Assembly (NCBI RefSeq): GCF_009914755.1
Contig: NC_060936.1
DNA from: the human T2T-CHM13v2.0 reference genome, Homo sapiens
DNA: 64,000 nucleotides
Strand: one strand, 5' to 3'
Below the pieces are notes generated by a model that saw only the letters and a list, made by a program, of their open reading frames with translations, had not been told where the DNA came from and did not search any database. The position numbers were made by a program, and so were the translations under genes. This document shows, one piece after another, positions 29,384-50,463 of the stretch. The first letter of the stretch is position 1; every line of letters begins with the position of its first letter.

Positions 29384-29599
29384 CTTCCTTCCTTCCTTCC
29401 TTCCTTCTTTCTTTTTCTTTCTTTCTTTCCCTCCCCGCCCTCCCTCCATTCCTTCCTTCTTCTTTCTTTCTTTCCCTCCCCTCCCTCCCTCCCTTCCTTC
29501 CTTCTTTCCCTCCCCTCCGCTTCCTCCCTTCCTTCCTTCCTTTTCTTTCTTTCTTTCCCTCCCCTCCCTCCCTCCCTTCCTTCCTTCTTTCTTTTCTTT

Positions 29600-29609
<10 letters not shown>
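29384..29609. repeat. CT-rich low-complexity tract (degenerate Alu tail)
   Basis: Direct reading. Confidence 0.9.
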
Positions 29610-29892
<283 letters not shown>

Positions 29893-30189
29893 AGAGAGAG
29901 AGATTTCTTACGATGTTATTTGAGCACCTGGATCCAGCTGGACCTGAAACCACAACTCCTGCACATTTTTGTTAATGGCACCAATACATTTACATTTTGA
30001 TGTAATTTGGATTGAGCTGAATTTCTGTAAAGTCAGTAAAGGAGTTCTCACTGGTACCTCCAACTTCCCCTGGGCCCCTCCCTGTGTGGTTTCTTACTAG
30101 TCTCTTCTGCTTCTGTCAGCGTTGGTGGGGGAGGGAAAGAGTCCATGTGATGGCATATGGGTGATAGATAGGGGAGTTGAGTCATGGTG

Positions 30190-30365
30190 GAGTACAGCCC
30201 AGGGATCAACCTAAGGAGACTGGGGTCAGATAGGACTGGGCAACGAATATCCCCTTTCTGAGCCTCAGTTCTCCCATCTGTAACATGGGAAGAGAGACAG
30301 TCCCTCCCTCTTGGGGTTGTCTGCAGGTGGGATGTGGTGTCTAGGGCATAATAAGTGCTCAAGAA
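30190..30365 (+). mobile_element. MIR
   Basis: CTTTCTGAGCCTCAGTTCTCCCATCTGTAACATGGG. Confidence 0.7.
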
Positions 30366-30958
30366 AAAGTGGCTATTAGAATAGTCCTAGATGGGGTCTT
30401 CTCCAGGCCTCTGGTGCAATGCAGGGACAATGGAGGGGAAGGGAAGGTTTTTAGAACCTTCCCTGGGGTTTGTAACCAACAACTCTGGGCCTCTGTTGTC
30501 ACTGCCAACCACAAGCACCTGCCGAGCAAACGGCATGCACCTGTCACCCGTCACTCCGAGAAGGGGCTCCAATCCAGCCAGAGCAGGCGGCCTCTATTCT
30601 AGGCCAGATCCTGGCTGTGTGCAGCGTCTGTGAGCTCGCCCACCTGTTCTGAAACCCAGCTGGGCTCCAGTCTCTGCCTGTCCCACCTCCCACCCCCAGC
30701 TTCCTTCCTGGAGCAAACGTTGATCCGATGCCTTTCATGTCCCAGGGACTGTGCTAGGAACCATGGGGATGCAAGGGCAGAAACCTGAGTTAGCGAGTTT
30801 CATACTTTGTGCCATGCTGTGTGCCCAGGGTGGGCATTGCATATGCTTGTCTCAGCCACACAAAGCCTGAGAGGTGTGCTAAACACACCCGTTTTGTAGA
30901 GGCTCAGACTGAAAGCACTGCCTGCTGAAGGTGGTGGAGTTGATACAAACACTGTGTG

Positions 30959-31259
30959 TTTCTTTTCTTTTTTCTTTTTCGAGACAAGATCTTGCTCTGT
31001 TGCCCAGGGTGGAGTGCAGTGGCGTGATCTCGGCTCACTGCAGCCTCAAACTCCTGGGTTCAAGTGATTGTCCTGCCTCAGCCTCCTGAGTACCTGGAAC
31101 TACAGGTGTGTGCCACCACACTCGGTTGAGTTTTAAATTTTTGGAAATGGGGTCTCACTACGTTGCCCAGGCTGGTCTCAAACTCCAGGCCTCAAGCAAT
31201 CATCCCTCCTCGGCCTCCCAAAAAGCTAGGTTTACAGGCGTGAGCCGCTGCGCCTGGCC
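30959..31259 (-). mobile_element. AluJ
   Basis: TSD CTGTGTGTTTCTT. Confidence 0.9.
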
Positions 31260-31354
31260 CTGTGTGTTTCTTCAAAGCCCATATTCTTTAATATGCTGCC
31301 TGTTACAATAAGGATTACACTGTGAAATGCTATTACATTTAAAAACATAGTGCA

Positions 31355-31657
<303 letters not shown>

Positions 31658-31669
31658 TTAGTGTATAGC

Positions 31670-31823
<154 letters not shown>

Positions 31824-31988
31824 ACATAGTGCCTAGTATATAGTAAGTGCCAATAAATAGTAGATATAAATCCTACTTGGATTCTAGCTCTCACATAGCC
31901 ATGGTATGTAGAGTAGGGAGTATGTAGATGTTAATACATCTACATGGTATGTAGATATATTAATAACTGACTCAAAAACAGAAGGCAG

Positions 31989-32367
<379 letters not shown>

Positions 32368-32477
32368 CTAGTAGCCACATTAAAAAGAAACAGGTGAAAT
32401 TACTTTTTATAAGATATTTTATTTAGCCCAATATGCCTCAAATATTATAATGCTAACATGTAATCAATATAAAACTG

Positions 32478-33079
<602 letters not shown>

Positions 33080-33099
33080 CCACAATTTGCATTTTCTGC

Positions 33100-33413
<314 letters not shown>

Positions 33414-33861
33414 AAAAAAAAATTATTAATGAGACATTTTACATTCTTTTTTTTTTTTTTGGACGAAGTCTTTGAAATCTCTGTGTAAGTATAGAGCATC
33501 CCAATTGAGGTGCTAAATTTTTATCAGAAATACTTGATCTGTATTTAGATCTCATAAAATTTATGGTTGAATAAGTTCGAGTATAATTTGCATACCCAAG
33601 GTGCTCCAAGCAAAGTTTTCCAATAACTGAATGCAGTATTAGTTTTTTTAGCTTAAATATAAAGGTAAATAAAATTAAAAATTCAGTTACACGGTCACAC
33701 TTGCCACATTTCAGTGCCCAATAGCCATATCTGGCCATTGTGTTAAGCAGGGTGGTAGAAAGGACGCCTGTGAGGTAGAGGATTCCAGGTGAGACTTTAG
33801 GGGTTGATATTTAGTGTGGAGAAAATACATGTCAAAACACATGGACAAAAAGAGGCAAATT

Positions 33862-34706
<845 letters not shown>

Positions 34707-34860
34707 AAAAGTGTGCAAGTGTCAAAAAAGAAGTGAATAGTTTGGTGTGACTTGTGTATTTGATAAACCATCCTAGGAAAAGCATTTGTTTATTATTTAC
34801 TTAATGAATACTGCTTGCAGGACTTGTAAAGTATAATGTATGTAATCACCACCGCTTTTA

Positions 34861-35245
<385 letters not shown>

Positions 35246-35914
35246 CCAAGTAGTGAATGTAGGCTTCCAGTCCAGGCAGTTTGACCAAAGGGCCGCTGTC
35301 TTATGTAGAAGTCAAGGAATTACGGCTGAATAATGTGAAGGAATTCGAACTGGGTTCAGACATGTGAACCGTGGCCTGGATGTCCCAATCTCACTTGCCT
35401 GGTGTCCTCGGGCCCCTGTGGGTCTCCGAACACCAACTTCAGCTCATCTACTTGGGTGTGCCACACCAGTGGTACACCAGTGTGACTGCACCAGTGTGAC
35501 TGCAATTGTGTGTGTGCCATTGTGTGTCACACCAATGCGACTGCACTCTAGACTCTGGGCCATTCTCCTGGGATTTGCCTCCAAGCCCCTCCCCCTTCAT
35601 GATATGCTAACTGGCTTTGTAGAGGTGGCCTGTTGGCGGCACACTGTATTCTGCACATGCTGGAATCGGTGCCAGCTCTCCTGTTTCCCCGCAAGCTGTT
35701 TGGTCCAGCAGGGAGCTTCCTTGTTTTTGCTCTAAGTGCAGTGGCTTTCCCGAGGGCGCCCGCAGCAGAAAGGACTGGAGTCGGTCTGTCTGGGCTATTG
35801 TTCAGCTGGTAGGCATCCGTATGCCATGCTGGGCATTCATAGCTGGCGTCTATTCTGATTGGCCAGTGGCCATGCTGTGCTGGTTATTAAAGAGTTTTAA
35901 TATAACCCCAGCCT

Positions 35915-36120
35915 GAGTTATAAACTATGTGTCTTAGCATTTATATGATCATGGGCAAACCACTTCACTTCTTAGTTTTAATGTACTCATCTATAAAATG
36001 GGAATATAATACATCCAGGGGTTATGAAGAAGGCAAAATCAGACCACGTCTGCAAAGGACTTAGCAGTGCACCTAGCTCCCTGACCGTGCTTGGTAGCTG
36101 GTAGGAACTATTATTTTGCT
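35915..36120 (+). mobile_element. MIR
   Basis: CTCATCTATAAAATGGGAAT..AAAGGACTTAGCAGTGC. Confidence 0.6.
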
Positions 36121-36478
36121 AGTGACGTCTTGGATCTCAAGTGTGGGCAGGTCAGAGCTCTTGCTTCCTGGGTTGACAGTGAAGGGTGAGGAACAGCCTT
36201 GACATTGAAAAACCGCAGGCTATTAGCTCTAAACTTCTGCCTGGTATAATGGAAGGAACATCGGTCTTGGATTTAGGTATTCTGGGGTCTGGTTCTAGCT
36301 TAGGTTGCTGATGTGGGACAGTCCCTTGGGAGCTGTGAGTGAGAGGATGTGGGACAAAGTCCCATGAGGTCAGGTAGGCTGTGCAAATGGGAGAAACTGA
36401 GCAACTGGGGACTCGGGATTCCGATACTAGGAGAAGGCAGAGGTAGTGGGCATGGGGCCTGGGGATGGGAAACATTCT

Positions 36479-37039
<561 letters not shown>

Positions 37040-37138
37040 CCCAAAGGATCCTCTCTTAAAGTAGGACGGTTCTGGCAGCCTGGGGTGGCTCCTGACAACT
37101 TTGTGAAGCGGAGGGAGATAGAAATAAACATCTATTAA

Positions 37139-37463
<325 letters not shown>

Positions 37464-38119
37464 GATTGTATCCCCATTTTATAGAGGAGGAGATTGAGGC
37501 CTGGAGACAGAAGTGATTTGGGCAAGGGCCGCATTGCTGGGAGGCAGCAGAGGAGCCAGAATTCAAACGCAAGCCTGACTGTCCATGGGAGTATCTTTTT
37601 AGTTTCTTGAAAAATACCAATGTTGGCCCCTCAGGGCTTCCTCCTGCCTCTGCTGTGCCTCTGCCTGACATTTCCTCTGCATCCTCCAAGTGCTTCCCAG
37701 GCTGGCTTCTTCTTGCCCTGCTGGTCTCTGTTTAAACATCGCCCTTTGAGGAGGCCTTCCCTGACCCCTCCTCCCCCCGCCGCACCTACCAGCGTAATTC
37801 TGGCTCTTTGAGTGGTTTACTGCGTCACAAGTCACAATCACTTATTAACTTTTTGTTTGCTTCTTTTATCTAGACGAGGGCTTTAATTTCAAGGAGCTCA
37901 CATTCAAATGGAGCAGAAAGGCACTGAACCCAGAAACAAATAATTCTCTAGGATGGTGGTAAGTAGTAAGAAGAAAATAAAACAAGGCAACAGGAGAGAA
38001 AGTGATGGAGGGGAAGCAGAATGTAGACGGGCTGATCCAGGAAGGCTTCTCTAGGAGGTGATGTTTTTTGATGAGATCTGAGAGTTGAGGAGAAAGTTGT
38101 TTGAAAATCCAGGGAAATG

Positions 38120-39098
<979 letters not shown>

Positions 39099-39552
39099 TC
39101 AAGAGACAGAAAGAAAGGCAAGTGGCTGGAGCTTGATGGCCTGGGGGAGGGTGGCAGGAGATGAGACAAGGCCAGAGGCCACGTCACATAAGGCCTTAGA
39201 GGCTGAGATAAGGAGTTGGTTCGTTGCTTATGGTTTGTCTCCTAATTAAACTGTGAGCTCCATGAGGGCAGGGACCTAGTCTGTCTTATTCACCACTGGG
39301 TTCCTAGACGCTAGCCCAGTGCTTGGCACATGGCAGGCACTCAACTGAGCCAATAAATTCATGTGTCAGCACACTGCCTTCTACAATCTTGCTACATTCC
39401 CCATGTGGTTTTTGAGCATTTCTCATGCCTGGCCTTCCTGTCTTCCCCTTGGCGTCTCATTCATTCCAAGCCCTAGTTCTGAGAATGCATCCTAACCCTG
39501 TGAGGTCATCAACTCACAAAAGCTCAAGGGTCTACTTCCAGGAAGAGCTGCA

Positions 39553-39871
39553 TTTTTTTTTTTAATTTAAAAAAAAATTTTTTTTTTGAAACCGAGTCTC
39601 GCTCTGTCGCCCAGGCTGGAGTGCCGTGGCGCGATCTCAGCTCACTGCAACCTCCACCCTCCTGGGTTCAAGTGATTCTCCTGCCTCAGCCTCCCAAGTA
39701 GCTGGGACTACAGGCGTGCGCTGCTATTCCTGGCTAATTTTTTGTATTTTTAGTAGAGACAGGGTTTCACCATGTTAGTCAAGCCGGTCTTGTATTCCTG
39801 ACCTCAAGTGATTCGCCTGCCTCTGCCTCCCAAAATGCTGAGATTATAGGAGTAAGCCACCGAGCCCGGCC
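39553..39871 (-). mobile_element. AluS
   Basis: TSD AAGAGCT(G/T)CATTT. Confidence 0.93.
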
Positions 39872-40727
39872 AAGAGCTTCATTTGAAGAGCACATTTCAC
39901 AGGGGTCCTAAAAACTTTATGGCATCAAATGGTGGAGTTCCAGGCCCACGTGTCTGTGCTCACATGCATGTATATGCTTCGAGGTCCTAGTGCCCCCTCA
40001 GATCCATGCAAGAAAGCTGCCCTGACCCACCAGCTGTTAGGAAACTCGGTCACATCGATAATTCCTATGACTTGTCCTGCCCGTGCCCGAGGGAGTGAGA
40101 AGTTAATTAGCTTTGCTGGAAAGGGCCTGTGAAATGTCGGGAACTCTGTGGTCTGAGAACCGTCTAAACTCACTGTACAATTCTGCATTCCAGCCCCAGC
40201 CCGGGCTCACTCCACCAGATCTCACGCCTGCTCACGGCGTTACGTGGTATTTACAAACAGTGGACACTAGTGGGTCAGTGGGGGACAGGAACGGGGACGC
40301 CCCCGTGCTGCATCTGAGTTGTCCTAGAGTTAATTTAATGATGAAACAATCACCAGACATTCTCCTTTCTCTGGGGAGTGCAAATGGCTTTATAAACACC
40401 AGGCCTACGGCTAGTGAGGGAGGCAGAGGTAAACGGTTTACCTTGGATGGGAAGTGAGTGTTCAGTCCATTAAGGGGAGTCCAAGAGCAGAAGTTAATTG
40501 TCCCTCCAGGCCTGGAAGTTAATTCGGCCTTGAAAATAGTTCTCAAAATCCATTTGCCGACCACTTCAGCCCACACTGATCGCGTCCCACCAACTGCACT
40601 TGAACACATGTCTACTGGCCATTTGCTTGGTCCGACTGACTCAGAGACACTGGCCCAGGAAGTCTATGACCTAGGACTTCTCCACTTCTCAAAGTGGAGA
40701 ACACAGGTCTTTGTCTGCAGCACAGGA

Positions 40728-41005
40728 CAGGCAATAGGGTGAGGCAAGGGAGGCGTTGTCTCAGTCCCCAAAAACAACTCTGTAATTCAGAGAAAATATT
40801 TAGTGCAATATTTTTTAAAAATTAAGATCAGTGAAAAAAAATCCATGATGGACAAAATAGCAAAATGTAAAATATAGACAAGATCTTATCCTCAGTTGTC
40901 CAACTTCGACCTTTACCCACAATGACCTGGACCCTCACTCTCGTGACATTGATTTTTACTCTTGAAACCCTGCCCATCACTGGCCTCACCATAGTCCCAG
41001 CCTTG
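40728..41005. mobile_element. MER96B-like MITE (internally altered)
   Basis: TAGGGTGAGGCAAG..ATCCATGATGGACAAAAT...GCCTCACCATAGTCCCAGCC. Confidence 0.7.
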
Positions 41006-41149
41006 ATACGAAGTTATTTTAGGTGGTGGTCCACCTGCGGACATTTTTTTATTTTAATAGTTAAGTTTTTTAAAAAAATATGGACAAGCGATTCCAGTAG
41101 GGAATTCATTGTTGGGATATAACATTTTTCTTTTAAAAAATTAATTTCA

Positions 41150-41445
41150 GGGTGGGGGTGGTGGCTCATGCCTGTAATTCCATGCTTTGGGAGGTAGAGA
41201 CAGGAGAATTGCTTGAGGCCAAGAGTTTGAAACCAGTCTGGGCAACACAGCAAGACTCCATCTCTACAAAAACTAAAAAATTAGCCAGGCCTGTTGGTGC
41301 ACACCTGTAGTCCCAGCTACAGAGGCCGATGTGGGAAGATTGCTTCAGACTAGGAGTTCAAGGCTGAAGTGAGCTGTGATCATGCCACTGCACTCCTGCC
41401 TGGGTGACAAGAGTGAGACTCCATCTCAAAAAAATAAAATAAAAA
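41150..41445 (+). mobile_element. AluJ
   Basis: J diagnostics. Confidence 0.88.
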
Positions 41446-41632
41446 TTATATTTTATGACTGCATGGTTATAAAGATGCATATAAGCCAGACTCAATTATA
41501 TCCACCTTTACATCAATGCCATCAAGGTATGCACCTTGCTTATTTTGAGCAGCAAAATATTTTCAGGGCCTCCAGCAAAGCTCATGTCCACAGGCAGTGT
41601 GGCTACTATGCCGAATGGAGAGGCTGGCCCTG
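41446..41632. mobile_element. ORSL-like hAT-Tip100 fragment
   Basis: TTTTATGACTGCAT..TATAAAGATG; AGGCAGTGTGGCTACTATGCCGAATGGAGAGGCTGGCCCTG end. Confidence 0.55.
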
Positions 41633-41651
41633 CTGCACAAGGGACAGGCAT

Positions 41652-41958
<307 letters not shown>

Positions 41959-41959
41959 G

Positions 41960-42135
41960 CAGGCACTTATATGCATAATCCTTTAATTTTCACAATGCCT
42001 CAGGCAGGCACCATTAACTCATATTATAAATGACAAAAAGGAGGCCCAGAGACCTTCAGCAAGTTGCCAAAGGTCACACAGCCAGTGAATAGCAAGGCAG
42101 ATATTTGAACCCAGGTCTGATTCTGGAGTCTGCCC
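41960..42135 (-). mobile_element. MIR
   Basis: TTGCCAAAGGTCACACAGCCAGTG..ATTTGAACCCAGGTCTG. Confidence 0.75.
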
Positions 42136-43434
42136 TTTCCGGGCCCCCACTCTCCCGCAGCAGCCCAGGAAGTGAGATAATCTGAAGAGTTGCCAACCCC
42201 TGAGTGATCCATCATGTCCCTTGGTAATGGAAATTGTGATTACGCTCAGGGCTGGTTCCCACGAGGCCCATAAGATGTCAGCGGTCTGCAGGAAGACCCC
42301 AGTATTCTGACCTTGTGGTCACCTGGGCTTGTGGGGGCTTCACCACACACTGAGGCTGGTTTCTAAAGAGTCTCTAGGTGTTTCAGCTGCCGCCCTCAGA
42401 CGGCGAGATGTCCTCAGAGCCTCTGAGACACCGGGCACCGTCCTCCAAGTCTCAGACTCCAACAGAGCAGGTTGATGTTTGTTTCATGATTCTGTGTTCT
42501 TGAAAAGGACAAAGCAAAAAAGAGAGATAAAAAACTTTGGACGCAGACCAAAGCCGCTCAGGTTTTTAGCTCTGTGTCCCCTTGCAGGCTCCTCCGTGAG
42601 ACAGGCCTGACAAGTGTCACCTGAACAAGGGGTCAAAGCCATTCCATTCCATGCATGCGGCACTGCAATTTTAAACAACTGTGGCTTGAGACAAAGATCC
42701 TCCCGAGAAAGCAAAATCCAACAGAGTTTGCAGTTTCCAGCTTCCGTGCTTCCTGAATTATACATGGGCAAAACCCCCTTGAAGGCTGCTTTTTAAGCCG
42801 TGAGGGGAAGGCGTGTAATTTTGGTCTCTAGCATTCTGCTGAAACACTTGCTGAGGACAAGGCCCCTTCCTCGCCAAGTGGCGTTTGCCTCCAAACCAAA
42901 CAGGGGACTTTGACGCCTCAAATAGCTTCAAGCTGCCAGCAGAAAGGAGGCAAAGGGGACTGGCACTTCCTCTCTTTGCCAGTCTTGAATCCTGAGGGTT
43001 CAGAGAGACTGGGAAACTGGGTTCCTGTCCCTGCAGTGGCAGCTGTGACACAGGCCAGGGTGACATTCTTCCCCTTCCTGGCTGGAAAGAGGGAAAGTGC
43101 TGTAAACCTCTGGAAAGGGACAGGAGGCCAGGAGAAGCGGACTGAGCCAGGGCAGGCGAGGCACAGTAGGGTCCAGCTAGGGTGTAGGCAGCCCGGCCAC
43201 CCTCTCCGAAAGACAACTGCTCCAGGTCCAGACTGCCCAGCAGTGGGACGCCAGGCACAACAGGGACAGTGACACTTCCCACTTCTATAATGGAGCAACT
43301 GGTCTTCAGGGCTCTGTAGCTGCAAAATGCTACCCACTGGGAGGGAGTTCTTGAGACTGTCTTCTCTCCCTGAGGTTTGCCTAAGGTTAGTGGGTGATGG
43401 CATTCAGAGGACCTGAGTTGGCTGGGGTCATTTG

Positions 43435-43665
43435 GCTCGGTGGTGGCTAAGGATGCGGACCCTGGTGACAGTCATGGCTGCTTTGTAACTAATTAGCCAT
43501 GTGACTCTGAGACAGTTATTGTACCTCTTAGATCCTCGGTTTCCCCCTCTGTAGAATGGGCTGATTGCCCCCATTGAAATATCACAGAGTTTCTTGCACA
43601 GATAAAATCAATGCAGGCTGAGTGCCTGTAGCTCAGTAACTGAGCAGATTTTAAGCACTCAAAAA
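43435..43665 (+). mobile_element. MIR
   Basis: CCTCGGTTTCCCCCTCTGTAGAATGGG. Confidence 0.65.
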
Positions 43666-43677
43666 ATGAGAGTCAAT

Positions 43678-45317
<1,640 letters not shown>

Positions 45318-45897
45318 ACTCAAACCAAAAGGTCAGGGGAAAAGCATTCTCCCCACTAGAAGCTGGAACCTGAGGAGGGCAAATGCTTCATTATTTAGAT
45401 TCGAAAGCTACTCATTAGGCAAGACTAGAGCACTTAGGAAGAAAAGCTGACCTACCAGTGTAAAATGTTATTATAAGTAATGACAATGATTATAGGATGA
45501 GGGTGTGAGCTGAAAGAGGGAAAGCTGGAGAGGTTAATGTCCATTAACTACCGAGAATTAGGATATTGGCTTCTGCAGACACCTCTGGCTAAGCCCAACG
45601 GTCTGTTTATTTACCTCGTAGGAAGCTCTTAGCACATCAAAAAGGTATTTCAAACACAACCCTCACCCCCAACAATTAGCTTTGGGAAGAAGAGTAAATA
45701 TGGATGCAATTTATCACTCTGAGGGCCCTACTATCGGAGACAGGTGCCTGTCAGTGAAATAAAACAGACCCCAAGCCCCGCCAGGAAGATCAACCCAGAA
45801 GCAATTTGCTAATTTGCTGATCATGGGTGGACAGTCGTTGCTCAAGGGCTTTGGTGACACACAAACAATTCATATCTTTCTGCTAATTCTCATAATC

Positions 45898-45960
45898 TGA
45901 GTCAAATGTTTCCTTTTGGAACCAGTGGGGGAAATAATGACTCAGGAGTGGGTTGAGTCA
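45898..45960. promoter_or_regulatory. Cluster of three consensus AP-1 sites
   Basis: TGAGTCA 45898-45904, TGACTCA 45938-45944, TGAGTCA 45954-45960. Confidence 0.55.
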
Positions 45961-46057
45961 ATTTCACTAGCTTTGCTTTGTCCCCCTTTAACTTAGAAAT
46001 GTAATTAGAAAGAAATGGAATACTGTTGGCAAAGAGCCATGGGAGAGGGACGTGATT

Positions 46058-46174
46058 GGAGGGGACCATCCATCCCAGTTGGCCCTGGACCGAGGGGTTT
46101 TCTGCAATGTAGGACTCTCTGTGCTAGGTCTGGGACAGTCCTGGGCGAGTGGGGACGGTTGGTCAGTCACCCTA
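46058..46174 (-). mobile_element. MER81 hAT-Blackjack MITE
   Basis: GGGACCATCCATCCCAGTT..GAGGGGTTT..GGGACGGTTGGTCA..CACCCTA. Confidence 0.7.
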
Positions 46175-46265
46175 CCTATTCCCCCTTTCCCATGGCCCCA
46201 TGCAGGTGTTGGGCAATCCCAGCCGGGAGTAACAGTGGGTAAAAGTTGGCTTGTAGTTGCCTTTA

Positions 46266-46563
<298 letters not shown>

Positions 46564-47309
46564 AGAAATTCTACCTCCTCCCATATGGCAAAACAGACTG
46601 TGAACCCATTAGCAACAGGAATGTGATGTCGCGTGGGGCCTGAGTGGGAGTAGCAGACACCAAGGGAACAAGTCCAGAGAGACTTCTGATAGGCGAGTGC
46701 GCGAGGGTCCGAGAGCTGATCTTATACTGATGACTTTACCTTCCCAGGGAACTCTTGATGGGAAACGGCAGGACCCTGTGACATTCTGCAGATTCTGAAA
46801 TTTCTGTCCCCTCCTCCATCTATATCTGAGCGTGTTACAGAAACCAGGGCAATAATGCACACTTTATTCGCGAGATGCACATAATTCTACCATTTCAGCT
46901 GGTTCCACTGCTTCTGAGATTTTGTATATAAATATCTATGCGTGTGCGTTTGTGTGTACATTTCTTGACATATTTACGAAGCCCCAGTTTGCCAACCTTC
47001 AGGGCATAATGCAAGAACTATTTTTCATCCTAATCTGCTGTAATGACATGTTTTATTATACTATTTCAGCTGTTTCCATTGCTTTCGCTGTTTCATGTTT
47101 TATGTATTTTAACTAATGCTTTAATTTTAGTACGTTGTGCCCTAAGGTGACTTCACAAGGCTTACTTTGGAAGATCGACGGGGATTCACAGCAATGGCAA
47201 TTGAAGGCTCTACCCACACCCAGCACGACGCAGATGTGGAGATGGGAACGGAGGGCAGGGTGGGAAGGCTGGCAGCTTAGGACCTGGCGTTTGTAACACC
47301 GAGATGTAC

Positions 47310-47414
47310 AGTCACCCTAGGTTTGCTCAGGGCTTTAGCCCAGTTTTAGCCCTGAAAGCCCAGCGTCTCAGAACCTGCTCAGCTGTGGACAGACCAGGGT
47401 GGTTGGTCACCCTA
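47310..47414 (+). mobile_element. MER81 MITE
   Basis: CAGTTTTAGCCCTGAAAG..GGTTGGTCACCCTA. Confidence 0.65.
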
Positions 47415-47813
47415 CCAAGATGACGGGCTTGATTTCGATATTTGGTTAGGCTGCTTCTTAGGAGGTAGGAGGTGTCTGTCTCAGTGTACCAAAGAAAGGG
47501 CCTGAGGTTTGGAGTCCCCTCCTCTTAGTTTCAAGCCCAAGCTCTGCCGACACTGTAATAGTCATTTGAATCTGATGAAGTCACTTTAAGCCTCCGTTTC
47601 TACATCTGGAAAATGGGGCTGGGAAAGCATCTCCTGGAGACCTGCTGTCAGGGATAGAGGGAGCGGTCCATGTTCTCTGCCTGGCACTTAGGGAGTGGTT
47701 GAGGTGGCGGTGCTTCACTAACCAGCTGTGGGGTCTTGGCCTGATCATTCCTCTTCTCAGGGGTTCCCATTCCCTTTTCTCCTACCTAATAATGGAGGAG
47801 TCAGACAGGATCC

Positions 47814-48059
47814 TTTTATTTTTTTAGAGATAGGGTCTCGCTCTGTCGCCCAGGCTAGAGTGCAGTGATGCAATCATAGCTCACTGCAGCTTCGAACTCC
47901 TGGGTTGAAGGATCAGCTAATTAAAAAAAATATTTTTTGAGACAGACAGGGTCTCACTCTGTTGCCTAGGCTGGTTGTGAACTCCTGGTCTCAAGAGATC
48001 CTCTTTCCTCAGCCTCTCAAAATGCTGGGATTACAGGCAGGAGTCACTGTGCCCGACCC
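47814..48059 (-). mobile_element. AluJ with internal deletion
   Basis: J diagnostics. Confidence 0.85.
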
Positions 48060-48404
48060 CCAGACCGGATACTTTTGAAGTGCTCAAAGTCCACATCCTG
48101 AGGCAAAGTGAAGGGCAGAGGCCACCACCTAGACCTTCCAGACTTAAGCATCAAGGAGTCCCCTTAGCCTGTTTACACCCTTCGGCAATGGGGGCAGAGG
48201 AGCACAAGAGGAAAAATAGTAATAATAATAGTGGTCGTAATAATAATAGCTTCTGTTTCCAGAGAGCTTATTGCGTGCCAGGCAAGCCCTGTGTTAAGCA
48301 TTACTCTTTACCTTCCCATTTGATCCCTTCCACAGGACACATGGGAATAAGTGAGAGGATAACACCCATTTTGCAGAGGAGGAGATGGATATTCAGAGAG
48401 GTGA

Positions 48405-48712
<308 letters not shown>

Positions 48713-48946
48713 TGAAGACCACATAACAAGAAAGTGGTCAAGCAGGCATGTGACATTCGTGACTCCAACGTTCACCACGATATCCTGCAGCTATCTTGTC
48801 TGGAACATCCCTGTCTGTTCCCAGCCCATGGTAGTAAATGGGGCGGCACTCAGTCTTTCATACCTGCTTGTCTCCTTCCTCATTTTCCCTCCAACACACC
48901 AGACTCTGGGTCCTCCTGCCTCTTTTGGGTCTTAAGCAGAAATGTC

Positions 48947-49262
<316 letters not shown>

Positions 49263-49607
49263 CATTTCTTTCTTTTTAATCCCCATGCCCTCTCTTTGAA
49301 AACCTCCTCTTCACACTGCAAAGTCCAGCTCCTCTGTGTCCAAGACGATATCCTCTTAGACTCCTACTAGTGGCTTATTTGCTGATTCAGCATTGGGTCT
49401 TCCCTGTCCCTGACATAACATGACGGGAAGTCAGTGGAAAGTTTTTTGGTCAGAAAAGCCCCAGCTGTCTCACTCATGTGCCCTGGATGGCCATTGGCCA
49501 TCCTGTTTCAGATCCTGGAGATGTGCTACCACACACCACTGTGTTTCATTCTCACTGGACACCAGGAGGCAGGCACTGGGAAGAAGACACCATCATTCCT
49601 ACTTCTA

Positions 49608-50075
<468 letters not shown>

Positions 50076-50264
50076 TTACAGCCCATGGGCTGGCTGTTTT
50101 TGTCAATAAAGTTTTATTGGAAACAGCCATGTGCATTCATTTATGGTAATCCATGGCTATTTCCACACTACAGCAAGAAAGTTGAATAGTTGCCACAGAG
50201 ACTGTAATGCCTCGCAAAGATATTTACTATTTGGCCCTTTGCAGAAAAAGTGTACCAACCCCTG
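50076..50264. mobile_element. MER58A MITE
   Basis: TGTTTTTGTCAATAAAGTTTTATTGGAA..TATTTACTATTTGGCCCTTTGCAGAAAAAG..ACCCCTG. Confidence 0.85.
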
Positions 50265-50378
50265 TAAATCAAGACGAAGAGCGGAGGTTCAGAGGAGCTT
50301 CAGCAACCTGCCCTAGTTTTCTCAGTGAGCCAAGGAAGGCCTGGGGCTCAAATCTGAAACCCCAGATCTTAGGGCAGG

Positions 50379-50463
50379 TTTCTACGCCCTGGACTCCATC
50401 CTTGCTTTCTCCCAGGGCTCCCTTTCTACGCCCCAAACTCCATCCTTGCTTTCTCCCAGGGCT
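50379..50463. repeat. Tandem duplication, period 44 bp
   Basis: TTTCTACGCCC...ACTCCATCCTTGCTTTCTCCCAGGGCT x2. Confidence 0.9.

Noticed and set aside
42758-43403. Overlapping 120-174 aa ORFs in GC-richer unique DNA
   Set aside because: Open frames on both strands reflect base composition; no domain or exon structure.
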